51,771 nt of DNA, from NCBI GenBank assembly GCA_013239625.1, contig MU054220.1, positions 4,589,374-4,641,144 on the forward strand, read 5' to 3'. The notes beneath the pieces are model-generated. The model was not told the origin of the DNA. It saw nothing but the letters and a program-made list of their open reading frames with translations, and made no database searches. This stretch comes from Lama guanicoe. Lineage: Eukaryota. Numbering within the stretch: the first letter of the stretch is position 1; every line of letters starts with the position of its first letter. Below, one piece after another: positions 23,871 through 36,975 of this stretch. Made by a program: the position numbers and the translations under genes.

Positions 23871-26800
23871 ATATGTCATGCTTCCTTTCTCTATGCTAAT
23901 CAGACACAGTTTCAAGTTCCCACTTTGGCTGGTTATCTGACAAAGGAAGAACTAAATTCTGATCTCCTGCTTAAGACTCCTCCTCCTCATCCCCAAATAA
24001 AACAAAACAAAAAAAACTCAGTGGTACTTTGCTGTAAGTGGAAACTGTTAATAAATTTTACCTTGGGTCACACCCCCATCCACCTCCTTCTCTGCTCTAA
24101 GAAAGGTAAGAAAGAAAGTTGGGACATCCCCTCTATTTGTCAGAATGCTAGCCCTGAAATTTCCTAAGGGATCTGGGGGCAGGCAGGGCCACTCCGTATC
24201 ATCCACTGTATTCACCAAGCCGAGCAGCAGCTTCAGGGCCAGCACCATCAGAAGGGATGGTTTTCCTACCCTTAGGTTAGCTGTGGGCAGGGTAGGTAAC
24301 ATCGTTTATGCCATGTTCATTTGAAAAGGAGCTAAGAGTCTACAGTGTCTTGAGGGTCTAAAATTGTCATTAAAGGAATCAAAGAACAGTCAGGCCTAGA
24401 GAAGGAAGGCAACTCTGAGTCTGGCAGATGTTAAAACAAGTGATCTCAAACCAGTAACAAGCAACGCAAAGGAGATCTGTCTCAGAACTTGTCTTTGGAT
24501 TGCTGTTTGTTTGAGACTGTACCTGTATTTACCTGCCTCTGGAATGGCGGCACGTTCCCCATTTTTCATGATTTCCCTAATAGTAACCAATGACTTCATT
24601 TGCAAACTCTCTCAGCATTTGGAGATGGAAACCCTTCCAGGCATAAAACCGGAATTATCTTAGAAGAGTGTGGTTCAGTACCTGGAGATTTAATTATTTC
24701 TAAACTCCACCATTTCTGGTCTAAAGATAATTGTTCTTGAGGAGAAATAAGCCTTTCCTTAGATTTTAGTCACAGAACAACTGAAATTGCAAAGAAAAAA
24801 GCCCTGGCTAGTAGGGCCTTTCTTCCAGGTTGAGGCTGGTCTTCCTGTCATCCTGGCCACCTCTATACAATTTCCACACCACTCTTGTTCTCACCTTGGC
24901 ACTTCACTGCTCTGCAGGAAATAAGAACAAGACTAAATTTAACCCTGAAGGTTTTGAGAGCAAAACTGTACAGGAGGCAACAAGGCTTCTAAACATCTTT
25001 TGGATTATCTCCAGTAACCTGGTAAAGGGAAAGCCCAGGTAAGCAAGCCACTGAGAGAGAAGAAAGGGCTAATCCTAAATTACTGGATAAGATGAAAAGT
25101 GAAATAATCAGATGGAACTGGAGACATGAAGGCCTAGAGAGCCAAACTGGACCCTCTGACTAAACCTCAGGGGTCCGGAGTCCCAGCTATTCTCATTAAG
25201 ATTTCTTCCCCTTACTTTGTGGGGACCACTCACCACCACTTCATCTGGTGATGACCTGTAGTTGCCTCAATCAGGATAATTTCACTGTTATTATTCCTCC
25301 TTTGGAATGGGCGACTTACATGATTTTTATCATCATTTGATCTATTGATATGGGACAGGAACACATGGACCAGGCAGTAACCCCGGACCTAAGGGAATGC
25401 CAAGCCAAGTCATTCAGTGCTCATGGTGCAGCATTGGACTTACAACCAGATGCTGAGCTCTGTCCAGCAAGTATCTCCAAATTAGGGGAACAGATCCAAG
25501 GTCACAAGGGCAAGTTGATTTCTCCAATCCTTCCTGGCACACTTCTCAGCCAGTCATCCCTTCTCATGTGGTCTAGGGAGGAGATAAAACTTGGACCAAT
25601 ACTGATGGTGAGAAGAGGCTGTTCTCTTTCTCACATAAGCCTTTTCCAATACATTTATTGTGCACCAGGCTGCAGACAACCATGCCCTGGTCCCCCTGAT
25701 GTCCAGCCACCATAAAGCCTTGTAAGATTCCAGAGCCAGACCAATTTTCATCTTCTTTTAAGTTACCCCAGGGCTCCAGGCAGCCACTGCAACTGACAAT
25801 GTAGCCCTGGCCCTGGCAACATAACACAGTCAACTAAAGGACAATAGGAACAATTCATCAAAATACAACATAGGGCAAATCACAGCAGCACGAAAGAGCA
25901 CTAAACCTGGGAGCATCAGACACAGAACTCCATCAAGGGGAATGCTCTCTTCTCAGGATAAACAAGATAAACACATATACCGTAAAACACACATTGCCAT
26001 GCCACTCTGCCACTGGAACTGTCTTTCTGAAATGTACACCAGATCACATCTTATTTCTACTTTAAGGCTCTCTGCCCTCTCAAGCACAGCACTCAAGTAC
26101 CTGCACAATCATGTCCTAACTTACTTTTCTGGCCCTCGGGCTAGCCCACTGCACACCATGCACCTCCTGCTGTTCAAATGGAATCATTTCCATACCTGAA
26201 TGGTCTCTTGTCAACTGTGCTACAGATGTTATTAATTCCATGATGAATAAACTAAGAGTTTTGAATTGTTTTTCCACTAAAAGTACATATCACAAAGGGA
26301 CAGGAAGATGCATATTTACCCGAAAAGGTAAATTGAAGGATGATGATTTGGCCTAAAGAAGAAGTGTTTTAAATGGCAAACTTCCTCAGTGATTTGTCAG
26401 TGGGATTTGACTCACAAAAAGAGGTTTACCTACAAAAATTTTAAGCATATATCCGGCTCTTCTGCTGATACTTCCCATCAATATGGCTCGTAAAATGATG
26501 GGATGTGGTGTTTAGTAAGTTGGCCTTAGTCTCCATTAACTCATTTCATGGGAGAAAGTACCTATGTCAGAGGGAAAAAAGTAAGTGGGAGAGAAAGAAT
26601 GAAGAGGTGGAGGAAGGAGTTTATAATTTGTCAAGATACTAGGACTGGGTGCCTTGTTATTATTTCCTCATTATTTCAAAGAAGGTACGGAAAGGTGCTC
26701 TGCACCTTTGGATTGGTGCTGCTTCATTCACATTTCCCGCCACCGTACGACTCGTCTTTAAGCAGGGCCATGAGGTGGCCACCACCAGGACACACTGATC

Positions 26801-27387
26801 TGCACTCAGAAGCTGCTTGAAGGACGCAGTGGGCGACTGGAGCACAGTGAGCTGACTGGCTCTCACAGGTCAAGGGCAGGACCTTGGCCTTTCTTTTATC
26901 ATCACTATTCTGTAGACTGCCAGTCCAAAATACATGTTTTGAGAGACAGAGGAGGCCAGGGTTTTATACTCTAAGGATATACAAACATGTAAGTACTGAC
27001 AAGAAGGAGGTCACAGGAGAAAAATACTTGTGTGTCTAGAGTAAAAACTTGACACAGTTTATCTAACAGAGGAATTAAAATTATCAGGAGACTAGTCTGG
27101 AGCTAGTATTAACAATTCTGTAAAATACAATTTAAACACTTGAACATATTTTTCATCATTAACTCATTACAATATACTATGAAACACATGTACATAATAG
27201 AACACTCATTTTTTAACTCTCATTATTTTTAAGCATTTGGGCAAATATATTAGGAAAGATTATCAAAACAATAGTACACATCAGTCATTTCAAAAGGCAA
27301 AACCACAAATTATAGGCTGGAAGTGATATTATTTATGATAAAAAAAACTTTGCTTGCTGAAAGATAGTCATAGCAATTTTAACAAAC

Positions 27388-27565
27388 TAATAGTAACATT
27401 TTTTTAGAGCCTTTACTATGATCTCGGCACTATTCTAAGAGGTTTACACTTATTACCCTGTTCAATTCCCAAAACAATTCTGTGAGGTAAAGAGAATCAT
27501 CATCCTTAATTTGTAGGTGAAGCACAGAGGGTAAGTAATTTACTTAAAGTCATATAACTAGTAAT
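27388..27565 (-). mobile_element. MIR SINE
   Basis: TAACATTTTTTTAGAGC..GGCACTATTCTAAG..ACAATTCTGTGAGGTA..GCACAGAGGGTAAGTAATTTAC. Confidence 0.8.
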
Positions 27566-28982
27566 AGATAGTTATTTAATTACCTTGAAACTTCATACAG
27601 CTTATTGAAGAATGATTACATTTACATCAGTATGCCAAGGGAAATACTTTTAAAGCTATACAGATACATTCATGTTTTAAAAGCATCAATTTTGTGCATG
27701 TGGGTCTTGCTCTAAATCTACTCGCAGAGCCACATATTTGTAATTTGCCTCACTTAAACTGAATCTTACTTGAGAAAAAACCGTGGTCAATCACAACAAC
27801 AAAAAAGATACAGTGATAATTCACTTTATAAAATTATTTGTCTTATTACAATACAATTCATTTGAGATGCCTTTATGTAGCATCAGTGATACAGATTTCT
27901 TTTTGGTAGAGCTGGTTTATCTGAATCAACTCTATTACTAAAATCATGTAAAGACTAAATTAATTACACGATTTAAAAGCAACATATGTTTTATGCAAGG
28001 AGAGGCACAGCCATATATGAAAAGTTGGGCAAGGCATAAGATTTTAAGGTCCTTAAACTTGAAATCAGCAATGTTACGGTTATGATTTCTTAAGACATGA
28101 AAACAAAGGAGAACTTTTCTTTAAACATTCACAGTAGAGAAAAAGATCAAAACTATGTCATAAAGAGAAAATTAGTAATTACATACTTATTTATATTTAT
28201 CTGGCCAATTCTAATAGTTTTGAGTTAAATGTTTTTTGGCTTTCTCCAATTAGTATATAAGAGTTATTGAAAAGGATTTGGCTTTCCCATAAGTATGTTC
28301 AGATATTACACATGGACATTCTGCCTCAGGCAATACTTCCTGCCGATCGGGTATGTATCATTAAGGTATGGTATCTCCTTGTAGTTACTGTTGAAATATA
28401 AGGGAAAACGGTGCTCAGATGCTCATACTTGCTGGCTATTATTCCTTTTACCATACATTAGCTGTGGTGTCTTTTGTCAACATACACAAGTGACATGGCT
28501 ATAATGTATTCCTGGCAGCTAGAAACGAGAGTAGTTTTTATGTGTGGCTAACACAAATCACTCTCATCACTCCATGGTTCCATACCTCCCATACAATGCT
28601 TTCCCACAACATTTAGCTCACCAACTTGCATGTACCACGGGGGATGTGGAATGGAAACAATTTACCAGTGATGAATTGCATGTAGATAAAAACTTTGTAA
28701 AAATCAGTCTTTAGCCTAAGTTAGTCTATACAGTCCCAGGATCCACTACCGTATTTGCATATAGGAGGCATTTAATAAACATTCAGCTGTTAAAAAGCAA
28801 AATATACAGACACCTGTTTGGAAGTCAGTTCTTTCTATTTCCTGAAAACATAAGGAAATAATTGCCTTCATCTGGAATAATATTTACGTCAACATAAGAG
28901 CTGACTAAAGTGAACAAATGATTATCCCAGTGTTTTTAAATAGAGCCAAAAAAGGATGACATATTTATAAAAAGCTGCTTAC

Positions 28983-29027
28983 CTTGCAAACAGAAAGAAC
29001 ATTAATATTTATCAGTTTCTTGATGGT
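28983..29027 (-). CDS. HSD17B12: HSD17B12 exon 6 (45 bp, phase 0-0)
   Basis: Acceptor ttttttttgcAG, donor GTaagc. Encodes TIKKLININVLSVCK. Confidence 0.96.
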
Positions 29028-29571
29028 CTGCAAAAAAAATGGATAATTGTATACAGATTTGATCGTGGACATAACCATATTAGATATACATATATGTAGG
29101 TAATCCAGAGATGCATTGAAAGTTTCCCCAGATACAGTAGAGACCTTGGAAAATGGTAGGAGTTGGGGTAAAGAGGCAGATTTTATTTTACTCTATGTTA
29201 TAATACTTTTCTACCAAATGCAGCAATTCATGCTGATATGCAAAATCCAAGGTATAAGTGCAAGTGAAATCTGCAAGCAAAAAGACCCATTAAACCTAAA
29301 ATAAATATGCCACTTCCTCTCTGCTAATATGCAAAGGAGAAATTATTGAATCTAAAATTTTCAACAATTTTTTAATTTACATATTCCTTCAATGAAATGC
29401 TTTTCTAGTTTTTATTAAAGAATTATACATGCATCAAGAATATAGCTTTCATTTGGGTAGAGTTAGTTTATCTGAATCAACCATACTGCTGTCTACTGAC
29501 ACATTTAATGGTTTTTAAGTTGATGTTTAGAATCCTGATACTTAAACAGGGCTGTTTTGATATAATCAAAA

Positions 29572-29765
29572 TGATAATAATAAAACTAAAGCTATTACTG
29601 AACTTGGCACTGTACAAATGAGGTTATAAATATTTTCTCATTCAATCATTCTAACATCCCTGTAAAGCTGCCTATTTTATAGATGAGGGAATGGAGACCA
29701 AGTATGGTTGGGATCACCCCGGGGGTACTTGGTTAGCCGGACTCTAAGGCTCACAGTCTGAACAT
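29572..29765 (-). mobile_element. MIR SINE
   Basis: CCTATTTTATAGATGAGGGAATGGAG core. Confidence 0.7.
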
Positions 29766-29835
29766 GATACCATGTCGCCTGTCCAATACCTGCATGCATT
29801 CTATTTGTTACTATAATCCACAAAGAACAACTTAC

Positions 29836-29900
29836 ATTGTCCAAATCAGGAATTTCCAGAAAGTACTCGGGATACTGATACGACATTCCCACATTGTTCA
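29836..29900 (-). CDS. HSD17B12: HSD17B12 exon 5 (65 bp)
   Basis: Acceptor tttatttcAG, donor GTaagt. Encodes (V)NNVGMSYQYPEYFLEIPDLDN, containing the SDR NNAG-type motif. Confidence 0.97.
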
Positions 29901-30900
29901 CTGAAATAAAACAAGATCATTAGCTGTCTAACATATACATTTTATAGATTTATTGAAATAGTGGGATTAAAGATATTAAGACTAAGATGATACATACAAT
30001 TTCATAAAATGCTGTTTATGTCTAGAGTGACCTTTCTATCTGAAATCTACCCATAAGGACAGTTCAAATGTCTCCTGCTTCATTAAGCATTTCTGTTCCT
30101 ACTACCCAACCCCTGACAAAATGACTTTTTATTTGCCTCTGAATGTCCATAGCCCCTTGGAGTGTGTATGTATTTCACCTCTGTAATACAGTTACTTGTA
30201 AATACTCCCTAACGCCTCTCTAGATCTTAAGTTTTCATAGTGTAGTAGGAGAAGTGGAGAGCACTGCAGGGCAGGAGGATAGAAACTGGACTTCTGTGTA
30301 ACTGTTTCAGAAAATACGCGACGTGGGATGAGTCACGCGCAATACGCATCTCAGCGTCTTCATGTCTGAAACGAGAGTTTGTTTAATCATTCAAGACCTG
30401 GACTAGAAACTAGAAAAAAACAGAAAGAAAAAGGCAGTTTGTGACATCATGGAGCAAACTATCCAGTAGGAAGAGAGAGGCACTAAATGAAAAGATTCGA
30501 ACAATTATTTCATCACAAAGGACAGACTGCCCTGGGAGCCTGTCCCAGACCTCATCTGGGACGTGAGGGAAGGCTCCTCTGTGGAGGCCAAGAGAGTGGG
30601 TCAGACCTAACATCTCCAATGGACCAGCCATCCCTACTAGATCTGGAAGTCGAGGCTATGTCTTAGCCCTCCTTGTATCTTCTCCCCTCAATCACTTAAC
30701 CGAAGGTTGGGGTTACGAGACAACTGAGAAGCCATGAAAAAATGTAGACATAATTAGTCACATGATTAATACTCAGGTATTCTATGGTTTTTTTCCCCTA
30801 GCTCTAGAAGACAAAGATAGACCCAGAATAAGGAACATTTGCAAGAATCAAAAAATAAAGTATCTTTGAATTTATCTTAACTAAAAATGAAATGGATAAA

Positions 30901-30926
30901 CTGTCTGTCTGTCTGTCTGTCTGTCT
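30901..30926. repeat. (CTGT)n tetranucleotide microsatellite
   Basis: Six perfect CTGT units plus CT. Confidence 0.95.
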
Positions 30927-30939
30927 ACCTTTAATCATT

Positions 30940-31102
30940 GCAACAGTCCTATTTAGCTAGTTCCTATTATTATCTCCCTTTTACATATTAGGAAACTGCA
31001 GTTCACAGCGGTTAAATAACCTATCCAGGGTCACAGAGCAAAGTAAGACCGAGATTCAAACTCAGGAAATCTGACTTCAGAGGCTAGGCTCTTAACCACT
31101 AC
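30940..31102 (-). mobile_element. MIR SINE
   Basis: TATTATTATCTCCCTTTTACATATTAGGAAACTG..GGTTAAATAAC..GGTCACAG..GATTCAAACTCAGG..TCTGACTTCAGAG..CTCTTAACCACTA. Confidence 0.85.
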
Positions 31103-31289
31103 TTTAAAGCCACCCTATGCCTTCATTCAGTATTCAGTCCAGGAAAAAATGTCAGTAATAATTGGATAATAAACAGAAATCTGATAGCAATGTTTAATAA
31201 AACTATAAAGTATTTGAAAAAGAAAGGTTTCAGGAGCAAAAAGATAATGAAATTCTGATCAGTGTGCTAAAGCTTAGCAGGAATTGTGC

Positions 31290-31530
31290 CAGATAAACCT
31301 GACAGTAGTAATAGTAACTTTTTCAATAGACTAACAAAATTAGTCTTTCAGAGGGACTCAATAAGGGTTCTATATTTAGCAGTAAGCCAGTCACTTGAGG
31401 CTGTGAGTCTCAAGATTTTACCTGCACAATTCGGTCAGGATGGCTTGAACAAGATCACTGAAACCTGTCTGAAAATCTGTAAGCAAAGGACAGTGACAAA
31501 GCAAACTGTATTTAATTAGGATTCGTCCCA
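31290..31530 (+). mobile_element. L3/CR1 LINE reverse-transcriptase remnant
   Basis: ORF 31286..31519 NFFNRLTKLVFQRDSIRVLYLAVSQSLEAVSLKIL..GLNKIT resembles the CR1 RT segment SFFDRVTKLVDQGNAVDIVYLDFSKAFDKVSHDIL..GLD (consensus recalled). Confidence 0.7.
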
Positions 31531-34071
31531 ATCTGAATATCCAAACAAAACAATAAGAGCAGGTTCAAATCCATTTTTATTTTATTCAAAAGGTCCCCAC
31601 CCACCAGAGGTTCCAGGAATTCTATAAAAGATCTGTTAACTGAGCCAAAACTATTTGAAGGTGAGGGTTTACGTTCACTTGACTTTGCTTTAACCATCTA
31701 TAGAGTTATAAAGGGTGACTTACAGTGTTATAAGAGAAACGGCAACAACCAAAATATCTGTTAAAATGCTACATATAAACCATATATTCTTTACAAAGTC
31801 AGTTTAAGATGACAGAATCCTCAAGGGAAGGTTTTTGCCAAATTGTAATATTCTGCAAGAGTTAAAGAAAATTCCATTACATACAGTGAACTCCATCTCC
31901 CTTCACTCTCTGGTATCTAGAAAACTTCCTCTCTTCAGATCTCGTTCTAGCCCATGGAGATATTAATGTTGTATTTCAAAATGCTAAAGAAAACTGAATA
32001 GTGTAATTGTAAGTCTTTTAAAATCCAGATTTGGCTTTTTAAAAAAAATCCGGAAATGTTGTAAGCAGCACAGTTGACTTTGCAATCTTTGCAGCATGTG
32101 CTAACAAGGACAGTCAAGCTAAGGAAGCCCATGAATAAGCAAGCAAGCAAGGCTGTATTTACAACAGGAAGTCTTCAGATCTGTCTCCGCTAACTGAGCA
32201 AAAGAAAGCTATCAAAGCTATCTACTCACACAATGAAAACGTGATCATCTATTTAACACAACCCTAAACGAGAACACGGTCAATACTGAACTTAAGCCCA
32301 AAGAAATAAAGAGTATCACAGTATAAAGGCTATGCTTTTATAACCAAAAATACACACAGGAAAAAAAAAGTGTTAAAGCTGGAAGAGCTCTTTCAGAGCA
32401 CTGAGCCTGATTTTATGCGGGGAAGTACTTCCCAAGGTCACACTGGCAAGTTGTCCTTTACTGGGGATGAGGACTCTCACATTCCTCCCTGCTTTATTCA
32501 CTCTACCTTTCACTAGCGGCATATCTGCTGCCCATCATCTCTCCACAATAACTAATCACTTCAGAGTGCTATTATTTAAGAGTAGACAGAAAAACAACTG
32601 TTGCTCTCAAATAGTTATTTTCATAAACGGCACAATCATGCGAGTCTTTTGGAAAAGGCAGACTCATTGCAGTTTTATTTTGAGACATTAGGTGGCAGCA
32701 ATAACCAAACGGCAGGCAGAAAGCTTTCAGGGACTTGGAAAAGGAAGAAAACAGGCTTTGGGTGGGAGTGAAGGATGGAAATATTTCCATTATAATTTAA
32801 TCTCATTAAGAACGGGTACATGCAATTCCATCTTTATATATTACAGGATTCATTACAGGATTCACCAAACCAAACAATGCCACAAGTAGTTCCAACATTA
32901 TTCAGATAGTTGAAAATCCCTTTTAAATGGTAGCACTTTAAACTGGCATTTAATATCTGTTCATTCGTGAGTTTTCTTGAATTCTTCAAGTGAGGCATCA
33001 GAGGCAGATTTAAATTTTTTTTATTCAATGACTTGAAAAACCGTTTTAACTCATGTAACACACCATGTCTTTCAGAAAAAGAAGGATGTCCATGTAATGT
33101 CTGAATTCCAACCACTACCCCAATAATCGTGACAGGGCCATGAACAGATATACAACCTTTCCCATCAGTTTCTCAATAGAGTTCTGAGACTGGGAAGAGC
33201 TCAACAGAAGAGATGAGGCAGATGGAGAACAGAGGTGAAGCCAGACCAAGAATAAGGAAAGGTAAGTGGAAAGAGATGTTGCAGGATTTTTGCAGGGAAG
33301 AGGTGTCAGTGCTTTGTCCTCAGCAGTGCTCTCCACGTCTGCCACCCAGAACTGTCGTGAACACCAATACCAGTAAGGACTGTATTTGAAAGACTCAGAA
33401 AATCCAGAGTATTTCTGAATGTTATGTAAATATTCTCCATTACATCATACTACTGTTTAAAAATCATTTCCACACTTCGTACTTAATGACAAGAATACAC
33501 ACAAGATTTGTTTCTTCTAAATTCATTTACTGCTGCTTCTGACTTTACTGGACTTAGAATCCGTTATCAAAACCAGCTGCTATAGAGATAATGATGTCAT
33601 TAGGAAATTAGATTGTTGTATCTGGGTTGGGCTCGAGGGAGGAAAAAATGACAATAAATTACTAGAGAATCAAAGTCCATTGAACAAACACACCAATAAC
33701 AGATATGGGTAACCACACACAGATCACCTCCAACCTGCTGCCTTTTGCAGATTTATCAGACCTAAGAAGATAATGTGTTTTAAAAATATGCTGCCTAAAG
33801 GTTGGGCTTCATATATATATCAAATAATGCAAAGTATTCTCTATTCCTTCCTCATCATATTAAAGTAGAAAACGTTTACGTTTCTATTTCAGTCATATCT
33901 ATAGTTGCACACACTAATACAGGTCAAGCACCCAAAAGAAAGACTAGAGAGATGGAAAGGCTATTAGAGTTCATTAATAAAAATAATATTTCAAAATATA
34001 CTAAAGTCTTTAAATGTAGACCTAAGTAATACCACAAATGGGAGAAACTTCTCACGTCTTAAGCTTCTGTA

Positions 34072-34292
34072 CGAGAAGGGTATGGATCTCAAAGTCCAAC
34101 AGACCCAAGTTTCAGTCCTGGTCCGACTGCTACCAGATCCTAACAAGAGTCAAGTGATTGCACCCCAATAAGCCTCAGTTTCCTCATCACCTTTATATAC
34201 AAAATAGGGATAACAATTTAAGAATTAAAAGAGATAATAAGCATAAAGTCTGTAACCCAATGCCTGGAATATACTAGTATGTTAATAAATGG
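34072..34292 (+). mobile_element. MIR SINE
   Basis: CAGACCCAAGTTTCAGTCCTGG..AGCCTCAGTTTCCTCATC..AATGCCTGGAATATA..TTAATAAATGG. Confidence 0.8.
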
Positions 34293-35289
34293 AGGAGAAA
34301 GAGTCATTATTGTTGTGTGGTCATTTTCTCAACAAGTGTTCACTGAACCCCTGTTTTGCCCCCAACACTATGTAGGTGCTGGGTGGGGCTACGGCAGGAC
34401 AGCCACAGGCTCTGTTATTAATCAAAAATGTGACCAGTGTTAAAGTGGAGAGATCCTTCTGAAAGGGAGCTCTAAGCAACAGTTAGCCAGAATAACTGTT
34501 TATACTGATTGAATTTATCCTAATTGCTCCTCCACCCTCTTTACTTCATTCAAGTAGATCTAATCTTAGAATCTACAGAGTTTGGAAAGTGATGCAAAGA
34601 AAATTCCTTCTTTGCCTTATTTAACATATTGCTGTAGCTAGCACATGTTCAGACTCTGACAGATGATATTTGGAACACCAAGTAAAACATTTTGCAAACT
34701 TTACAGTTTTCATACACTTGTGAGTAGCAATTTCTAAATAAAAGAGAGTTTACAAGGCTTTAAATTTGCAGTGCTTTCACTCAGAAATTGGAAAATTAAG
34801 ATCGAGACAGAAGCAACACAACAGAACATCTCATTTCCACTGTTTAATTATAAACTGCTATGTGATGCTCATTACAGAACCACGTAAAGTTTGCCATACA
34901 CAAACTTGGAAGAGGATGAGGAAAGAAGGATGGCAGAAGGCTGGCAGTTAACTCTCAGCGAATGGGAGGAATACATATCAATTTCATGAATTACAGCTCT
35001 ACTTACATTTCCAAAATCACAACTAATTACCTAGTTTTAAGTTAAAGGTTTTACTCTAATTAATACCATTAGTGGTTTTCGAGTAAAAGGAAATACATTT
35101 GAAGTGTAGGTCTTATTCTCACTTTAGAAATCCAATCTCATTCAGTACATCTAATGGAACTATAAGGCACTCTATTTAGTCTAATAATGTTCCTGATGAG
35201 TCTCCTGGAAAAAAAAAATTCCATACCTATTCTGCTTGCTGTGATCGGCTACACCAGGCTTCTGCTTCATGCAACATAAAGCAGCGCAT

Positions 35290-36382
35290 TTATGCCAGAT
35301 CCGGCTGTCTACTTGGATCTGCACTGGGATTTCTCATAGCTCTCTCAGATTCAACATATCCCCAAATGAAATCATCCTTTTTCTCTACAGAAGTGCTCCT
35401 GGTCCAGGGTGTCTTGTCTTAAGGCAATCCAGTTGCTCAAGTCAACTGGAAGTTGCTAATTAGTAACTGTATAATCCTGGACAGTGTATTTAACCAAAGT
35501 AAGTCCGTTTCTTATCTGTAAATGGGCATAGCAATATTAAATATCTGACAGGACTGTTGAGGATCAAATGAGATTCATTTGCACAGTGACTGGCATATAA
35601 AAAACACTTAATGAATCTTGGCAGTACTAATTAAAAACAAACTACTATTCTTCATTCCTTCTGTCAGACAAGACCTCTAATGAGGACTTCATCAGAAATT
35701 AGACCTATTTCTATTTCCTAGACATCTCTCTAGTCAGTTTCCTTGTATTCACTCTCACTGCCATCATCCTAAGAGAAGCCATCCTCATCTTAGCTTGATT
35801 GCTGAAGTAGCCTTACTGGTCTCCTTGCTATCAGTTCTTGCCTCTTCCACTTCACAGTCAGAAGGATCTCTCTAAAATCCTAGTGTGATCTCAACTTACT
35901 ACTTATGAGCTCTACAACATCTACATTGTCCTTTATTAAAAGCCCAAACGTATCAGCCTGATTTTCTAAGCCTTTTGTGATCTGGTGCTGCTTAATCTCC
36001 AGAGCCTAGCCGCTGTCATCTTTGCAATCCGTGCTCTAGGTTTACAGATCTCCTGTCAGTTTCTCCAACTTGCCAAGCGCGGATCACCTCAGGGCTATTG
36101 TACATACTGCTTCTTCTACCTGGAAACACCTCTCCTCTCAGAGTTAATTAGCCTTCAGGTCTCAACTTAAATTATTACTTTTTCAGAAGGATTGTCTCCA
36201 ACACTCTTAGCCTCCTCAGTAACATACCCTTTCATTACATGCAACATGCTCCCAATCACTTGTTCAGTGGCTGTCTTCCATGAAAGCAAAAACAGTTATC
36301 AGTTTTGCTTGCTGCTTTATCTCTGGAATCTTACTTGTTGAATGAGTGAGCGAGCGCATGACTGACTGAATGAATCAGTCAA
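35290..36382 (+). mobile_element. L2 fragments with a MIR nested at ~35455-35630
   Basis: L2 motifs (CTCAGATTCAACATATCCCCAAATGAA; CCTTACTGGTCTCCTTGC; TGTTGAATGAGTGAG..GAATGAAT 3' tail) and MIR TTTCTTATCTGTAAATGGG. Confidence 0.7.
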
Positions 36383-36405
36383 CAAATAGGAAAGAAAAGG
36401 TGCTA

Positions 36406-36975
36406 TGTAATAAAGAATTTGCCTGGTCTTTGTCCCAGAATCCTAGAGTAGAGGCTCTAAACCCTTGGAATCTCCAGGGTGATGCTAATGTCTCTGTTAT
36501 TCATGGCAGGGCGTTGGATTACACCTGAGTTTATGCTAATAAGACGAATCAGAACAGAGGTTGGTCAACAGGCATATGTAGCATAGATAAACAAGGTTAT
36601 ATTGCATAGCACTGGGAAATATATACAAGATCTTGTGGTGGCTCACAGCAAAAAAAAAAAAAGTGACAATGAATATATGTATGTTCATGCATAACTGAAA
36701 AATTGTGCTCTACACTGCAATTTGACACAACACTGTAAAATGACTGTAACTCGATAAAAAGTTAAAAAAAAAGAAAGAAAATACATTTATCAGACAATCT
36801 CACAAGGAGAACAATGGATGTGTTTTACTCATTTACTAAATAAATGTTTAGATGTGCCTAAAAAGAACAGAAGTTGGTCACCAGAAAGACCAACTGTGTG
36901 ACTAGAGTTGGAGCCAGCCTAGACTCTGAAATCTGAAAATTGGCCAATGATTTGATCAATCACACCTACATAATC
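36406..36975 (+). mobile_element. MER21-like ERVL LTR fragment, interrupted by an L1 insertion
   Basis: Begins TGTAATAAAGAATTTGCCTGGTCTTTGTCCC; contains CACCTGAGTTTATGCTAAT and GGCCAATGATTTGATCAATCA. Orientation relative to the consensus is not certain. Confidence 0.75.
36568..36863 (+). mobile_element. 5'-truncated lineage-specific L1 3' end plus ~80 bp extra sequence, inside a 17-bp TSD
   Basis: L1 tail 36568-36780. TSD AGAACAGAGGTTGGTCA (36551-36567) / AGAACAGAAGTTGGTCA (36864-36880). Confidence 0.9.

Noticed and set aside
27880..27930. C/D box snoRNA reading of the 60-bp repeat (GTGATAC...CTGA)
   Set aside because: The C box is imperfect, is not kept in the second copy, and lies antisense to the host gene.
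28185..28250. Cryptic duplicate of exon 5
   Set aside because: Similarity is very weak, there is an in-frame stop, and neighbouring sequence looks like a decayed minus-strand L1.
29677..29901. ORF 29677..29901 (and 43053..43283) as stand-alone proteins
   Set aside because: Only the exon portions match HSD17B12; the remainder is intronic read-through past GT donors.
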